A stretch of 64,000 nt of DNA from a virus (Duplodnaviria; Caudoviricetes). Position 1 is the stretch's first letter. Every line of letters begins with the position of its first letter. Under the pieces are notes generated by a model that saw nothing but the letters and a program-made list of their open reading frames with translations, did no database searches and was not told the DNA's origin. The DNA lies in IMG/VR virus record IMGVR_UViG_3300032227_000318, positions 1-64,000 of that record; one strand, 5' to 3'. A program made the translations under genes and the position numbers. Positions 55,762-64,000 of this stretch are shown in pieces.

Positions 55762-56448
55762 TTATATAATCCACTCTTCTGAGGTACCACCTAAGGCCGC
55801 TGCAACAGAGGGAAACTGCTCACAAATGATTTTCTTACATTCAATAGCGATAAGTTTGTGTTCCTTCTGGGTACCATTTTTCTCACGGAGAGCAATGTAG
55901 GTAATCCAGCTGCGGAGACTTCCTGACATATACATGCGTGACATAGTAAGTCCTTCAGGAAGAACAGAACGAGCAACTTCCTTGGCGATGCCATTTGCAA
56001 TAGCCCATTCATAGTTTTCTTGTGCATGTTCGATCAGTGCTTTTTGCATATCATGCCATGTGTCAGTTATACCCGTTTCATCATTGAAAATCTCAATGCT
56101 GTTCTGACGATTCTTATCGTCTTGCCAACGTGCTTCGCGCGGCACAGACATCTCCTGTACAGCAGCATATCTTTGACTAAACTCTTGAAACGAGAACGAG
56201 CGATGGCGCAGGATCTGCCTTGCAATATCTCGGGTCGTTTCAATCTCCATAACGACATGCACCATCTCAAACGGCGACCAGTGCTTGTTCTTCACAAGAT
56301 ACTTGAGAAGACGTTCGCTGTCTGGATTGTCCTGATTAGCAGGGTTTGACACTCGCGCACAGTATGCGATCAACTGCTCTGCACTGCACGGAGTAAACGC
56401 TTCAATACTTATCGGCTGTGTAATCCCAACTAACTTCACATTGCTCAT
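55762..56448 (-). CDS. thyX: Flavin-dependent thymidylate synthase
   Basis: ARVSNP, HWSPFE, RQILRHRSFSFQEFSQRY. Confidence 0.96.
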   Translation of the reverse strand: MSNVKLVGITQPISIEAFTPCSAEQLIAYCARVSNPANQDNPDSERLLKYLVKNKHWSPFEMVHVVMEIETTRDIARQILRHRSFSFQEFSQRYAAVQEMSVPREARWQDDKNRQNSIEIFNDETGITDTWHDMQKALIEHAQENYEWAIANGIAKEVARSVLPEGLTMSRMYMSGSLRSWITYIALREKNGTQKEHKLIAIECKKIICEQFPSVAAALGGTSEEWII

Positions 56449-56449
56449 A

Positions 56450-56716
56450 TTATACTTCCTGATATGTCTTGATAAAGATTTCATTCTTGCAAGGATAGAA
56501 CTCACCGTTCACACCCTTGATGATCCAGTCGTTCTGCCCACCTTCCATGCGGCCTTCTAGTGTATCTATCCAAAGTGTAGGTGGGCTAGTGCTGAAACCA
56601 ACAGTCGGACTGTTAATCCATTCTTCTATATCTAACACGGACTTTGCATCTGTCAATTGCATCGCCTCAATCGTTACTGGCCTCTTTCTAAACTTTCTCA
56701 CTAAATTTTCTTCCAT
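56450..56716 (-). CDS. Conserved phage protein (PGDYG-like)
   Basis: FRKRPV.IEA.Q...TLEG.M.....DWIIKGV.GEFYPCK..IF..TY. Confidence 0.8.
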   Translation of the reverse strand: MEENLVRKFRKRPVTIEAMQLTDAKSVLDIEEWINSPTVGFSTSPPTLWIDTLEGRMEGGQNDWIIKGVNGEFYPCKNEIFIKTYQEV

Positions 56717-57705
56717 CTCTCAAACTCCAGCTTGGCTCTCAAATCATTGAACGTGTTATTATCTATAATACTGCGAATCTCAGCAGGAGTCGTTCCTGTC
56801 ATAATAATGTCGTTTATATCTTTTCCTGAAAGATTATTTGGCAATAAACAAACATTATATTTCATATCAATCATCTTTGCAACGTTTTTCATTACTTCTT
56901 TATTTCTTATGTCTCTATCAGGAATAAGTATGTAGTCGTGATTACCTAAGATACTACAAACTTTATGTAAAGATGCATCCATAAGTGCTACTGCGTTATC
57001 AAGAAACATAGAGTCTATGATTCCTTCTACCACATATACTCTTTTACTGAAATCTACTCGATCAAGCCCGAAAACTTTTCGGTTATCATCATCAAGCTTG
57101 ATTGTTATGTATTTGACTTTGGATTCACCTAATGCACGGCCTTGAAAGCCGAGCATGTTCTTTGCTTCATCATAGAATGGAAACACAATGCGTGGTTCAT
57201 CATACAATGTCTTCTCATAGTCAGGAAGAAGTTCTAGAACGAATGACTTGAAGCTTGCAGCATAGTATATATCATCAAGCCTATCGCGCGAAATCTTGCG
57301 CTTCAGTAGATACTGCTTTGCTACGTGATCTTCTGGTAACGAATTGATTGTAGGTAGTTCAATACGCTTCTTGAACACAGGCTTTGTCTTGGCCATTGTA
57401 AAATCAGGCTTTGCAACATTACCAGTAGACTCATTCTTGTATCGTTCAAGCTGATACTCACGATACAGTGAAGGATCAATTGTCTTGAGGAAGTTACCGA
57501 CAGACAGACTTGTTCCACAGTTGTGACAGGTAAAGAACAAGTCTGACTTGCGACGATAGAAATAGCCGCGAGTCTTAGCCTTGTTTTTATGGGAATCTCC
57601 GCAGATTGGGCATCTGAAAGTCCAAAGGTATTCAGACTTCTGCTTAAAACGTTCCAACTTTGTGGAAACTAAGGAAACGAACTTCTTATCAATGTATAAG
57701 GACAT
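56701..57705 (-). CDS. gp61: DNA primase gp61
   Basis: FRCPICGDS...CHNCG Zn finger, GFQGR, VVEG..DSMFL TOPRIM, KDIND. Confidence 0.95.
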   Translation of the reverse strand: MSLYIDKKFVSLVSTKLERFKQKSEYLWTFRCPICGDSHKNKAKTRGYFYRRKSDLFFTCHNCGTSLSVGNFLKTIDPSLYREYQLERYKNESTGNVAKPDFTMAKTKPVFKKRIELPTINSLPEDHVAKQYLLKRKISRDRLDDIYYAASFKSFVLELLPDYEKTLYDEPRIVFPFYDEAKNMLGFQGRALGESKVKYITIKLDDDNRKVFGLDRVDFSKRVYVVEGIIDSMFLDNAVALMDASLHKVCSILGNHDYILIPDRDIRNKEVMKNVAKMIDMKYNVCLLPNNLSGKDINDIIMTGTTPAEIRSIIDNNTFNDLRAKLEFERWKKI

Positions 57706-57732
57706 AATGCCACCTAGTGTTACGTAAGTGGC

Positions 57733-57760
57733 ATTATAACAGATGGTGCTAGAAAGTCAA
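57733..57760 (-). promoter_or_regulatory. Sigma70-like promoter for primase-thyX-nrdJ
   Basis: TTGACT-N16-TATAAT. Confidence 0.65.
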
Positions 57761-58068
57761 AGGTTACTTACTGCCTTGAGTGGCTTAGGTTTCTTGGCTT
57801 CATTAACAAATGAATTCGCGCCACCATCTACACCTAATCTGCTTTTATCAATAGCATCGAGTCCGCCAGGGCTTTTCATTTTTGCTTTTACTCTATCAGC
57901 AACTTCTTTACCACTTTGAGCGCCATAGATGTTAGTAGATGTTGGTTGTGGTCGTGGTGCCGGTCTTGCAGAACCCATACCTGTTGCTGTTGGTCGCACA
58001 GGCGTTCCTATAGCAGACATTTCACGAAGCTGTTCTAGATTGGCATAAAAATTTTCTTTGATATCCAT
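57757..58068 (-). CDS. Hypothetical protein
   Basis: GGA RBS; low-complexity ORF. Confidence 0.6.
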   Translation of the reverse strand: MDIKENFYANLEQLREMSAIGTPVRPTATGMGSARPAPRPQPTSTNIYGAQSGKEVADRVKAKMKSPGGLDAIDKSRLGVDGGANSFVNEAKKPKPLKAVSNL

Positions 58069-58080
58069 GTTAGTTTGTCC

Positions 58081-58563
58081 TTAATTAAATATCTTGGTAA
58101 TGTTGATTGCGTTGTTGGCGATCAAGAAAAGAAGGAATGAAATAATAGCAGCTATGCCATATTTCCACATTTCAATTTGACCTAGACGATTTCCTAAACC
58201 CTTTTCACTTCCTTTTATCTCTTCACGCATCTTGTGAAGTTCGGTCAAGATTGTTTTTTCTGTGTCTTCAATTTTATCCGTAAGTTCTTTGTTTACGGTA
58301 TTAATACGATTATACACATCTTTTATGTTACTATTATGTTCTTGTCTACGCATTTCCATTATGCCTTGCACTTCTGAGGTTATTTTTTCATGATTTTCAA
58401 TCCTCTGTTCTTGTAAGGCAATCATCTTGGTCAGATTGGTCGCAATTTCTTGGATCTTATCCATAGTTGTGTCAAACTTTTCAAGCAAAGCTGACATCAT
58501 AGTTACATCTTTTTTCAAAAGCTCAATATCAACTTTAATTTCTTGTTCAGACACGGTCGTCAC
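58081..58563 (-). CDS. Coiled-coil protein with C-terminal TM helix (possible lysis component)
   Basis: Heptads followed by WKYGIAAIISFLLFLIA. Confidence 0.65.
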   Translation of the reverse strand: MTTVSEQEIKVDIELLKKDVTMMSALLEKFDTTMDKIQEIATNLTKMIALQEQRIENHEKITSEVQGIMEMRRQEHNSNIKDVYNRINTVNKELTDKIEDTEKTILTELHKMREEIKGSEKGLGNRLGQIEMWKYGIAAIISFLLFLIANNAINITKIFN

Positions 58564-58578
58564 CTCTTGTTGTTTCGT

Positions 58579-59079
58579 TTATTTATTCTTCTTAGTTACT
58601 GTGATCTGTGCCTGAGGCAATGCATTTCTATCTTGCTTTTCAATTGTACGAGAACCAAACCAAAATGCAATGATAGTTGAGAAGAGTGCCATTGTCTCAA
58701 CGTCCCATACAGCATCAAGCATCGCAGGAACAGATTGACCTGTTGAGAGCATTACATACGCTGCGGAAACTTTTACTGCAAGAAATGTAATGAAGAATAC
58801 GTATGTGACTACTGGGCGAACAGAAGCGCGTAGTGCGTTAATAAAGATTCCGCCATCAAGAGACTTATCATGATCAAGAGCAGATTGTCGTGACTGAGCG
58901 TCACCCTTAACCATTTCAATGTTGTAAGTGAGATCGGCTTGTCGTTCGGCCGCATCAATCTTGATTTTTGAAAGTTCAAGTTCATACTTAATCTCCTGCT
59001 TACGCTCAAATATTCTCACAATAGAAGGTAACAAACTACCTACGATACCTAGAAATGGTGATAATAGTGCTGTTAACAT
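58579..59079 (-). CDS. Holin-like membrane protein (GTA 3TM holin-like)
   Basis: LRASVRPVVTY...IIAFWFGSR. Confidence 0.7.
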   Translation of the reverse strand: MLTALLSPFLGIVGSLLPSIVRIFERKQEIKYELELSKIKIDAAERQADLTYNIEMVKGDAQSRQSALDHDKSLDGGIFINALRASVRPVVTYVFFITFLAVKVSAAYVMLSTGQSVPAMLDAVWDVETMALFSTIIAFWFGSRTIEKQDRNALPQAQITVTKKNK

Positions 59080-59081
59080 GA

Positions 59082-59549
59082 TTAGTCCCCTTTCTTGTCT
59101 CTATTTATCGGAATGTAGTGTCTGTTAGAATATGCATTGATATCATCAGAATACCCACCTGCCTGTTTTGCTAAACGAGTATACAATCTGTTTCTTCCAC
59201 CTTCACCTGGTTTATCTGTATCTTTCTCACCAGTAAAAGTATAAGTTTTCAAGTCAGGATGTTTTTCAGCATGATCCTGCATAATCTTCTTGACGGTAGA
59301 GATATGTCTGATGCTTCCTCTGCCGGTGGCTTCAATATTGCCTTGTTCATCAGTGAAATCTACAGAAGCTTTACCTTTGCCAACTTTGCCTGCATGATGT
59401 GAAATGTAGACATGAGTAGGTATACCTTTATGATCTTTGAAACCATAATGATGTTCCATTTCTCCTGAACTGTTTTCAAGAGAACCTAAATGATCATATT
59501 CAAAAGGTTTATCAAGTGCTTCTTTAAGATACTGTTTGAACGTCTTCAT
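59082..59549 (-). CDS. Putative internal head protein (MKTFKQYLKE)
   Basis: Capsid-targeting-like N-terminus; ATGA-coupled. Confidence 0.65.
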   Translation of the reverse strand: MKTFKQYLKEALDKPFEYDHLGSLENSSGEMEHHYGFKDHKGIPTHVYISHHAGKVGKGKASVDFTDEQGNIEATGRGSIRHISTVKKIMQDHAEKHPDLKTYTFTGEKDTDKPGEGGRNRLYTRLAKQAGGYSDDINAYSNRHYIPINRDKKGD

Positions 59550-60208
59550 TTTTTTGTTTTTCTTAAATATGTTTCGCCGTTCCATGTAAACTTAGAACCT
59601 TCAGGAGCAGCAGCAAAGGCCTGCTTGAATGTTTGTTTTTTTGGAGCAAGATTAGCTGGTCTTGCTTTTGGAATTGGCGGTTTTGCATTTACTTTAGATG
59701 TTGACTTTTGATTCTCTGCTGATGCTAATTGAGGTTTAGGAATAAATTTAGCTGTAGGTTTTTTTATTCCTGTATCATTAATAGAAGCTTTAGATTTCTG
59801 ATTGTTTGTTTTTTCAATGTTTGCATCTATGTTACGATTAATTTTAAGCAATCTCATCTTTGTATCTTGACCGAACTCTTTAGTTGGTGCAACATCTGGA
59901 AATGCTCTTGTTGCCTTTTGCATTTTTTTGCCTGTTTCATCATAACCTTTTGCTGCCAACGCCCTCTTCACAGCATCATCTTTACCTATCATAGGTTTAT
60001 CAGTAGTAACTTTGTATGATTTAACTTCAGGATCAGCGAATGGAGAATTTGCTCCAGTAGTATCTACTGGTCGATTAGGATTTTCTTCAGGAGGAATAAT
60101 TCCTTTACTTAAAAGCTTCATCTTGGTATCATCACCGAATTGTTTTTTTGGCGGCATATCAGGATAAATTCTTGCATTTTCTATCATAAACTCTAAGAAT
60201 GTTTTCAT
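59546..60208 (-). CDS. Putative internal head protein (MKTFLEFMIE)
   Basis: Capsid-targeting-like N-terminus; internal duplication; C-terminal FKQAFAAA..G.KFTWNG..Y. Confidence 0.65.
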   Translation of the reverse strand: MKTFLEFMIENARIYPDMPPKKQFGDDTKMKLLSKGIIPPEENPNRPVDTTGANSPFADPEVKSYKVTTDKPMIGKDDAVKRALAAKGYDETGKKMQKATRAFPDVAPTKEFGQDTKMRLLKINRNIDANIEKTNNQKSKASINDTGIKKPTAKFIPKPQLASAENQKSTSKVNAKPPIPKARPANLAPKKQTFKQAFAAAPEGSKFTWNGETYLRKTKK

Positions 60209-60495
60209 TATTTTTTACCTACGGGAGTTTGAGTTGTTGATGTTTTTTCTATTTCTTCACCATTCATTATTCTTGTAATCTTCTCTTGCCCGCGCGTCCA
60301 TGCTGCAACACCAATGATAGCTGCCATAGCAAGATGATAGAAGCCGCCTTCTTTCAGCGTGATAGGATTCCATTGCTGTTGTGAAAAATACATGTATGCT
60401 GCTGGGAAAATGATGAAGTCAAAAATACATACTGCAAAATACTGCCATGCAATTGCAGGTCTCCAGTATTGTTTGATCCAAGATTCTTCGTTCAT
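60208..60495 (-). CDS. Holin-like membrane protein
   Basis: WRPAIAW.Y...C.FDFIIFP...W.P.TL..GG..H.AM.AI.GV.AW.RG.EK; follows the endolysin. Confidence 0.7.
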   Translation of the reverse strand: MNEESWIKQYWRPAIAWQYFAVCIFDFIIFPAAYMYFSQQQWNPITLKEGGFYHLAMAAIIGVAAWTRGQEKITRIMNGEEIEKTSTTQTPVGKK

Positions 60496-60496
60496 A

Positions 60497-61279
60497 TTAC
60501 ACCATCAGCTTGTTTAGAGTGTCTGTATCAATCGTACCTGTTACAGTCAGGCCATTATTCTTCTGAAAGTCTTTTACAGCCTGTTCGGATTTTGGACCAA
60601 AATCTCCATCAGCAGTAATATTAGCACCTTTCCTAATCAACATGTTTTGTAGATCGGCGATGTAAGGTGATTTATCACCCTTCTTTGCAACTACGATAGG
60701 CGGTATAATCGGGTTTACAGAAGGTTTAGAAGGAGCTTCAAATGTAATATTTTTAGGAATAGCTAATCTACATTTTGCAAGATATCTTCTACGATCATCA
60801 AAACCGTTTGTACCACCATTAATCTTTCTTGTTACGCCCATTATATCATCAGCATCAGCTAAAGCGTTTAGATTGCGTGAACGCCAATACTCAAGTGCTG
60901 TTAGAACAGAAATTTTAGGCGTTTCGGCTAGCTCTGGATTATTTTCTAGATCCGCACCTATTAGATTACCGATCTGGCGATAATTTGCACGGCCTGTCAA
61001 CTGAAAGATGCCACGACCCTTATATCGTACACCGTCACCCTTTTGTGTATTACCTAAGTCTTTACGACCCTCATATGCTGAACCTGAAGCATATTCTTCA
61101 AGTGTTCTGAAAGAGGCGGATTCATGTGCAGCTTGGGCTAAGAAATGGCATACACGAAGCCATGTATTGACTTGATACTTTGGATCAGGCATATATTCAT
61201 TTAAGTAACCAACTAAAGGAGATATAATTTCTTCTTTTGAATTTGGCGCAATCTCTCTAATCATTTCTTTGGTAATCAT
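60497..61279 (-). CDS. Endolysin, GH19 (chitinase-like) with C-terminal peptidoglycan-binding domain
   Basis: HFLAQ.AHES, YKGRG.FQLTGRANY, TRKINGG.NG..DR; ADGDFGPK...AVKDFQ. Confidence 0.93.
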   Translation of the reverse strand: MITKEMIREIAPNSKEEIISPLVGYLNEYMPDPKYQVNTWLRVCHFLAQAAHESASFRTLEEYASGSAYEGRKDLGNTQKGDGVRYKGRGIFQLTGRANYRQIGNLIGADLENNPELAETPKISVLTALEYWRSRNLNALADADDIMGVTRKINGGTNGFDDRRRYLAKCRLAIPKNITFEAPSKPSVNPIIPPIVVAKKGDKSPYIADLQNMLIRKGANITADGDFGPKSEQAVKDFQKNNGLTVTGTIDTDTLNKLMV

Positions 61280-61293
61280 GTTATTTCTTTCTT

Positions 61294-62016
61294 TTATCTG
61301 CTTTTGCCGTATCGCACGTACATACACGCGCCTGTGCGCTCGTCTTCTATGATAATAGGATCTTTACACTTCTTTGCATACTCTCTTAGGTCATGATACG
61401 CACTATCTTCATCAAGATATTTACGCCAATGCTTTCTACTCTTCTTTGCTTCTCTTAATGCATTGAATGTGGCCGATGAAACAATGAATGTTGGTTTTCC
61501 TGCAAATTTACCTCTACGCGCCATCGGCATCATTTGTGCTGATCTGCCAGGTTCTCCGTTTGGCCCTACGCCAAGAGCAGCTATATTGCCTCCGCCTGCG
61601 GCATTCGCAGGAGCTTCTTCTTCCATTCCTACTGCTTTTCTGGCTAGTCCTAGATAGTATGGAACTTTAGATGCTTTTTCGCCAGCAGATAATGCTGCAC
61701 CTACAGCAGGTATACTAGACGCAGCACCATACGCGAGTACAGGACCAACCAACTCACCAGCAGCAGCAGCCTGCTGGTGTTCTTTCTCGTCATGGTCAAG
61801 CTTTTCTTTTTCTTGGTCAAGTTCTCTTTTGTATGTTGTGCCTTTGCCATATCCTAATGCACTTGCTGTATTCTTTGCTGCATAATCTATACCCGCTCTT
61901 GCGTACTTGTATCCGCCAAGTGTGGCAGTGTCAGCGGCTTTTCTACCAAATGCTGATATACTGTCTAACCAACCTTCGCCTTCCTGCATTTTTTTTCTTA
62001 CAATAATTTTCTTCAT
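61294..62016 (-). CDS. Hypothetical virion protein
   Basis: EEAPANAAGGGNIA and PIIIEDERTG C-terminal region conserved in T4-like phages. Confidence 0.65.
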   Translation of the reverse strand: MKKIIVRKKMQEGEGWLDSISAFGRKAADTATLGGYKYARAGIDYAAKNTASALGYGKGTTYKRELDQEKEKLDHDEKEHQQAAAAGELVGPVLAYGAASSIPAVGAALSAGEKASKVPYYLGLARKAVGMEEEAPANAAGGGNIAALGVGPNGEPGRSAQMMPMARRGKFAGKPTFIVSSATFNALREAKKSRKHWRKYLDEDSAYHDLREYAKKCKDPIIIEDERTGACMYVRYGKSR

Positions 62017-62023
62017 CTTTTCT

Positions 62024-62092
62024 CTTGACTTTCTATTGACACGGGTGTATAAAGGCTATGCCCTGTAGCAAATGAATACCTTTAAAGGTCCT
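62024..62092 (+). repeat. Copy B of duplicated sigma70-like promoter plus 45-nt conserved element
   Basis: TTGACT-N17-TATAAAGGCTATGCCCTGTAGCAAATGAATACCTTTAAAGGTCCT. Confidence 0.75.
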
Positions 62093-62468
62093 TAAGTTTC
62101 TTACCAATGATAACATCAATACCGATATCTGAAGAGTTTATGTATTTTCCTCTAATACCATTGATATACTTAGGCATGAAGTTTAGAAACAGAAGAAACG
62201 TCTTCAATATCATATAATCACCAACATCCAGTTTATAGAATAGCATTCTAACCGCAGGTTCTACTCCAAAAACATTGGAGAGAATGATAATATGGTTTAG
62301 TATCAATCTCTCCTTTAGTTCTCCGGTATCTTTATATCGATTAATCAATCTTTTGACATATTTAATTCTCTTCAAGTCTTCTTCAAATTCGGATACGATA
62401 GCATTAGGTTTATCGTAGGCCTTCATTGCATAAAGCATAAAGTTATCATCATTTAAATTGTTGACCAT
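62082..62468 (-). CDS. Conserved T4-like hypothetical protein
   Basis: NF.LYAMKAYD.P.....EF.EDLKRIKY.KRL..RY...GELKERLILNHII.L.NVFG. Confidence 0.8.
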   Translation of the reverse strand: MVNNLNDDNFMLYAMKAYDKPNAIVSEFEEDLKRIKYVKRLINRYKDTGELKERLILNHIIILSNVFGVEPAVRMLFYKLDVGDYMILKTFLLFLNFMPKYINGIRGKYINSSDIGIDVIIGKKLKDL

Positions 62469-63227
62469 TTACTTTTTTTTATCGTTATACTTTTGGAATT
62501 TAATGACGAGCTTTGCAGCTTTTAATCTTCTGGCTTTTGCATCTTCAGCTTCTTTTTTAGCTTCAGGTGTTTTGGTTCTAATAGCTTTCTTTCTAGCATC
62601 TGTCTCTGTATCGTAAGCGTCATAATACTTTTCTGCTGCTTTGCGTTCGGCTCTTTTAGCTACATTTTTAAGTTCATCAAGACGCTCTTCTTTCAAATTG
62701 CCGTCATGCTCATCTTTATTAAGAAGGTAATTATTTTGTTGATCTGCTGAAACTACAGTATCATCTTCATCTTCATCATCTTCTTCGCTGTCATCCATTT
62801 CTGATTCATAATCACCTAGAATTTCTTCTAGTTCATCATCATCTACAACTTCAGCAAATACATCAAACAATCCAAGATCATTCATTTGATATTCAAAATA
62901 TAGAAAATAAGGTGAGTCGCTTTTAGAAACAAACTCACCAGTATTTGTCTGACCATATTTCTCACCAAACTGGCTAATATTGAAAATTACATTACCTGAA
63001 TTGCCTTCCATAAACTGATGTGCAGGAAGAAAAATGTGGTAATAAGCTAGAGCTTTTCTAACTCTTTCAAGAGAAACATAAGGCGTAACAACAGATTTAG
63101 TAGTAACTCCACTCAGGAGGCTGTTGATATTATCTCTTACAGAAGAGTTTTCAACACCAACAAAGTTTTTATCAGTCAATGCTTGTGGTGTAATTTCTTC
63201 ATTAATATATTCTTTAAACTTCTTCAT
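62469..63227 (-). CDS. Putative prohead-targeted protein (MKKFKEYINE) with acidic tract
   Basis: N-terminal motif and composition. Confidence 0.7.
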   Translation of the reverse strand: MKKFKEYINEEITPQALTDKNFVGVENSSVRDNINSLLSGVTTKSVVTPYVSLERVRKALAYYHIFLPAHQFMEGNSGNVIFNISQFGEKYGQTNTGEFVSKSDSPYFLYFEYQMNDLGLFDVFAEVVDDDELEEILGDYESEMDDSEEDDEDEDDTVVSADQQNNYLLNKDEHDGNLKEERLDELKNVAKRAERKAAEKYYDAYDTETDARKKAIRTKTPEAKKEAEDAKARRLKAAKLVIKFQKYNDKKK

Positions 63228-63247
63228 ATTGTTAGCCCTATCTTCTA

Positions 63248-63847
63248 TTAAACACCAGTGAAGTATACGTTATCTCTTGGATCGTCACCAGTTATTGAAC
63301 CCATAGCTACGAGTGTTTCGTAGTTTAGACGACCAGCACGACCGCCAAGAGTTATTGATAGACTTGGCCAAAGTGTATTTGAACCATTTGTTCTAACGTT
63401 AAGACTTGAGACGGCAGAGAATCCAGAACCACCATTGTTAATGGTAATGCTGTTGATAGTATTCAATGTTGAGTTGGATGAGAACGACTGTAGAGTGTTC
63501 TGTGAGTTGGCAATAGTGAACGAAGCATTAAAGCCTGCACCTTGTGCCAATACGCTTGAATCTGTAATAAGCAGAAAACCGGCGGCATTGATACCTGTAC
63601 CACCATTGACAATATCAATACGTGTTACTGGGCCTGTACCGACCTTCTGGCTCTGCCAGCCGCCGTGTGGTCCATGAACTGCATTGTTATTCATTTCGTT
63701 AGCTGACACACCAAATACGTTGCCATAATATGCATTGGTGTTAGCCGCTGAACCATTGATTGTTGAGCTAGACGAAACATTTGTAGTGTTAGCAAATAGT
63801 GGCTTTTGATAGCCGTTTGCTGTATCTTGATTTCCCCATAGAGGCAT
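63248..63847 (-). CDS. Virion structural protein (MPLWG...GRAGR..YETLVAM family)
   Basis: AGGAG RBS and upstream ATAAATA late promoter. Confidence 0.75.
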   Translation of the reverse strand: MPLWGNQDTANGYQKPLFANTTNVSSSSTINGSAANTNAYYGNVFGVSANEMNNNAVHGPHGGWQSQKVGTGPVTRIDIVNGGTGINAAGFLLITDSSVLAQGAGFNASFTIANSQNTLQSFSSNSTLNTINSITINNGGSGFSAVSSLNVRTNGSNTLWPSLSITLGGRAGRLNYETLVAMGSITGDDPRDNVYFTGV

Positions 63848-63890
63848 TTTTATTACTCCTTTAAAGCTTTCTTTTATTTATCTATAATAA

Positions 63891-64000
63891 TTATTGTTTA
63901 CCAAACTGTTCAATCTCGGGTGTTATGGTAACTTTCTGACCTTTTTTCTTTGTGTCAGTAGCACCTAAATCATCTGTTTCTTCTTCAGCAACAGGTCTGG
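63891..64000 (-). CDS. 3' end of a gene entering the window
   Basis: Open frame ...KVTITPEIEQFGKQ-stop. Confidence 0.5.
   Translation of the reverse strand, partial: RPVAEEETDDLGATDTKKKGQKVTITPEIEQFGKQ

Noticed and set aside
26482-62092. Inverted 45-nt repeats as ends of an invertible 35-kb segment
   Set aside because: No recombinase in the window, gene order at both junctions looks ordinary, and both copies have promoter geometry.
1-64000. Alternative genetic code or stop-codon reassignment
   Set aside because: Core genes are full length under the standard code.

Overview
A 64-kb segment of a large T4-like myovirus genome, almost certainly infecting an alphaproteobacterium. Host evidence: a two-piece circularly permuted tmRNA with GGCAGUA T-loop and ANDNF-type tag, and TTGAAA-N17-TATATC early promoters. 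Layout: 1-31 kb is the tail/baseplate module (two Ala/Gly/Asn-repeat fibres, Gly-rich adhesin, PAAR, split DUF4815-type protein with a Hint domain, gp8-7-6-25, split gp5, gp53, gp48, then + strand gp4, gp2, gp54, gp26, gp51 and a dual muralytic protein). 31-39 kb holds gp32, gp59, gp33, tmRNA, phosphatase, exonuclease, PhoH and DenV-like genes. 39-53 kb is a variable early region with repeated promoters, RNase H, glutaredoxin and a kinase. 53-58 kb has nrdJ, thyX and primase. 58-64 kb has lysis genes and capsid-targeted proteins. Four free-standing homing endonucleases are interspersed. Main features absent from the ORF track: a duplicated promoter+45-nt antisense element (26.5 and 62.0 kb), a probable -1 frameshift fusing gp26 to gp51, two leaderless micropeptides sharing LYRFFIGP, an ArfA-like peptide, and the tmRNA. 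All family assignments come from motif recognition and gene order; no searches were run.
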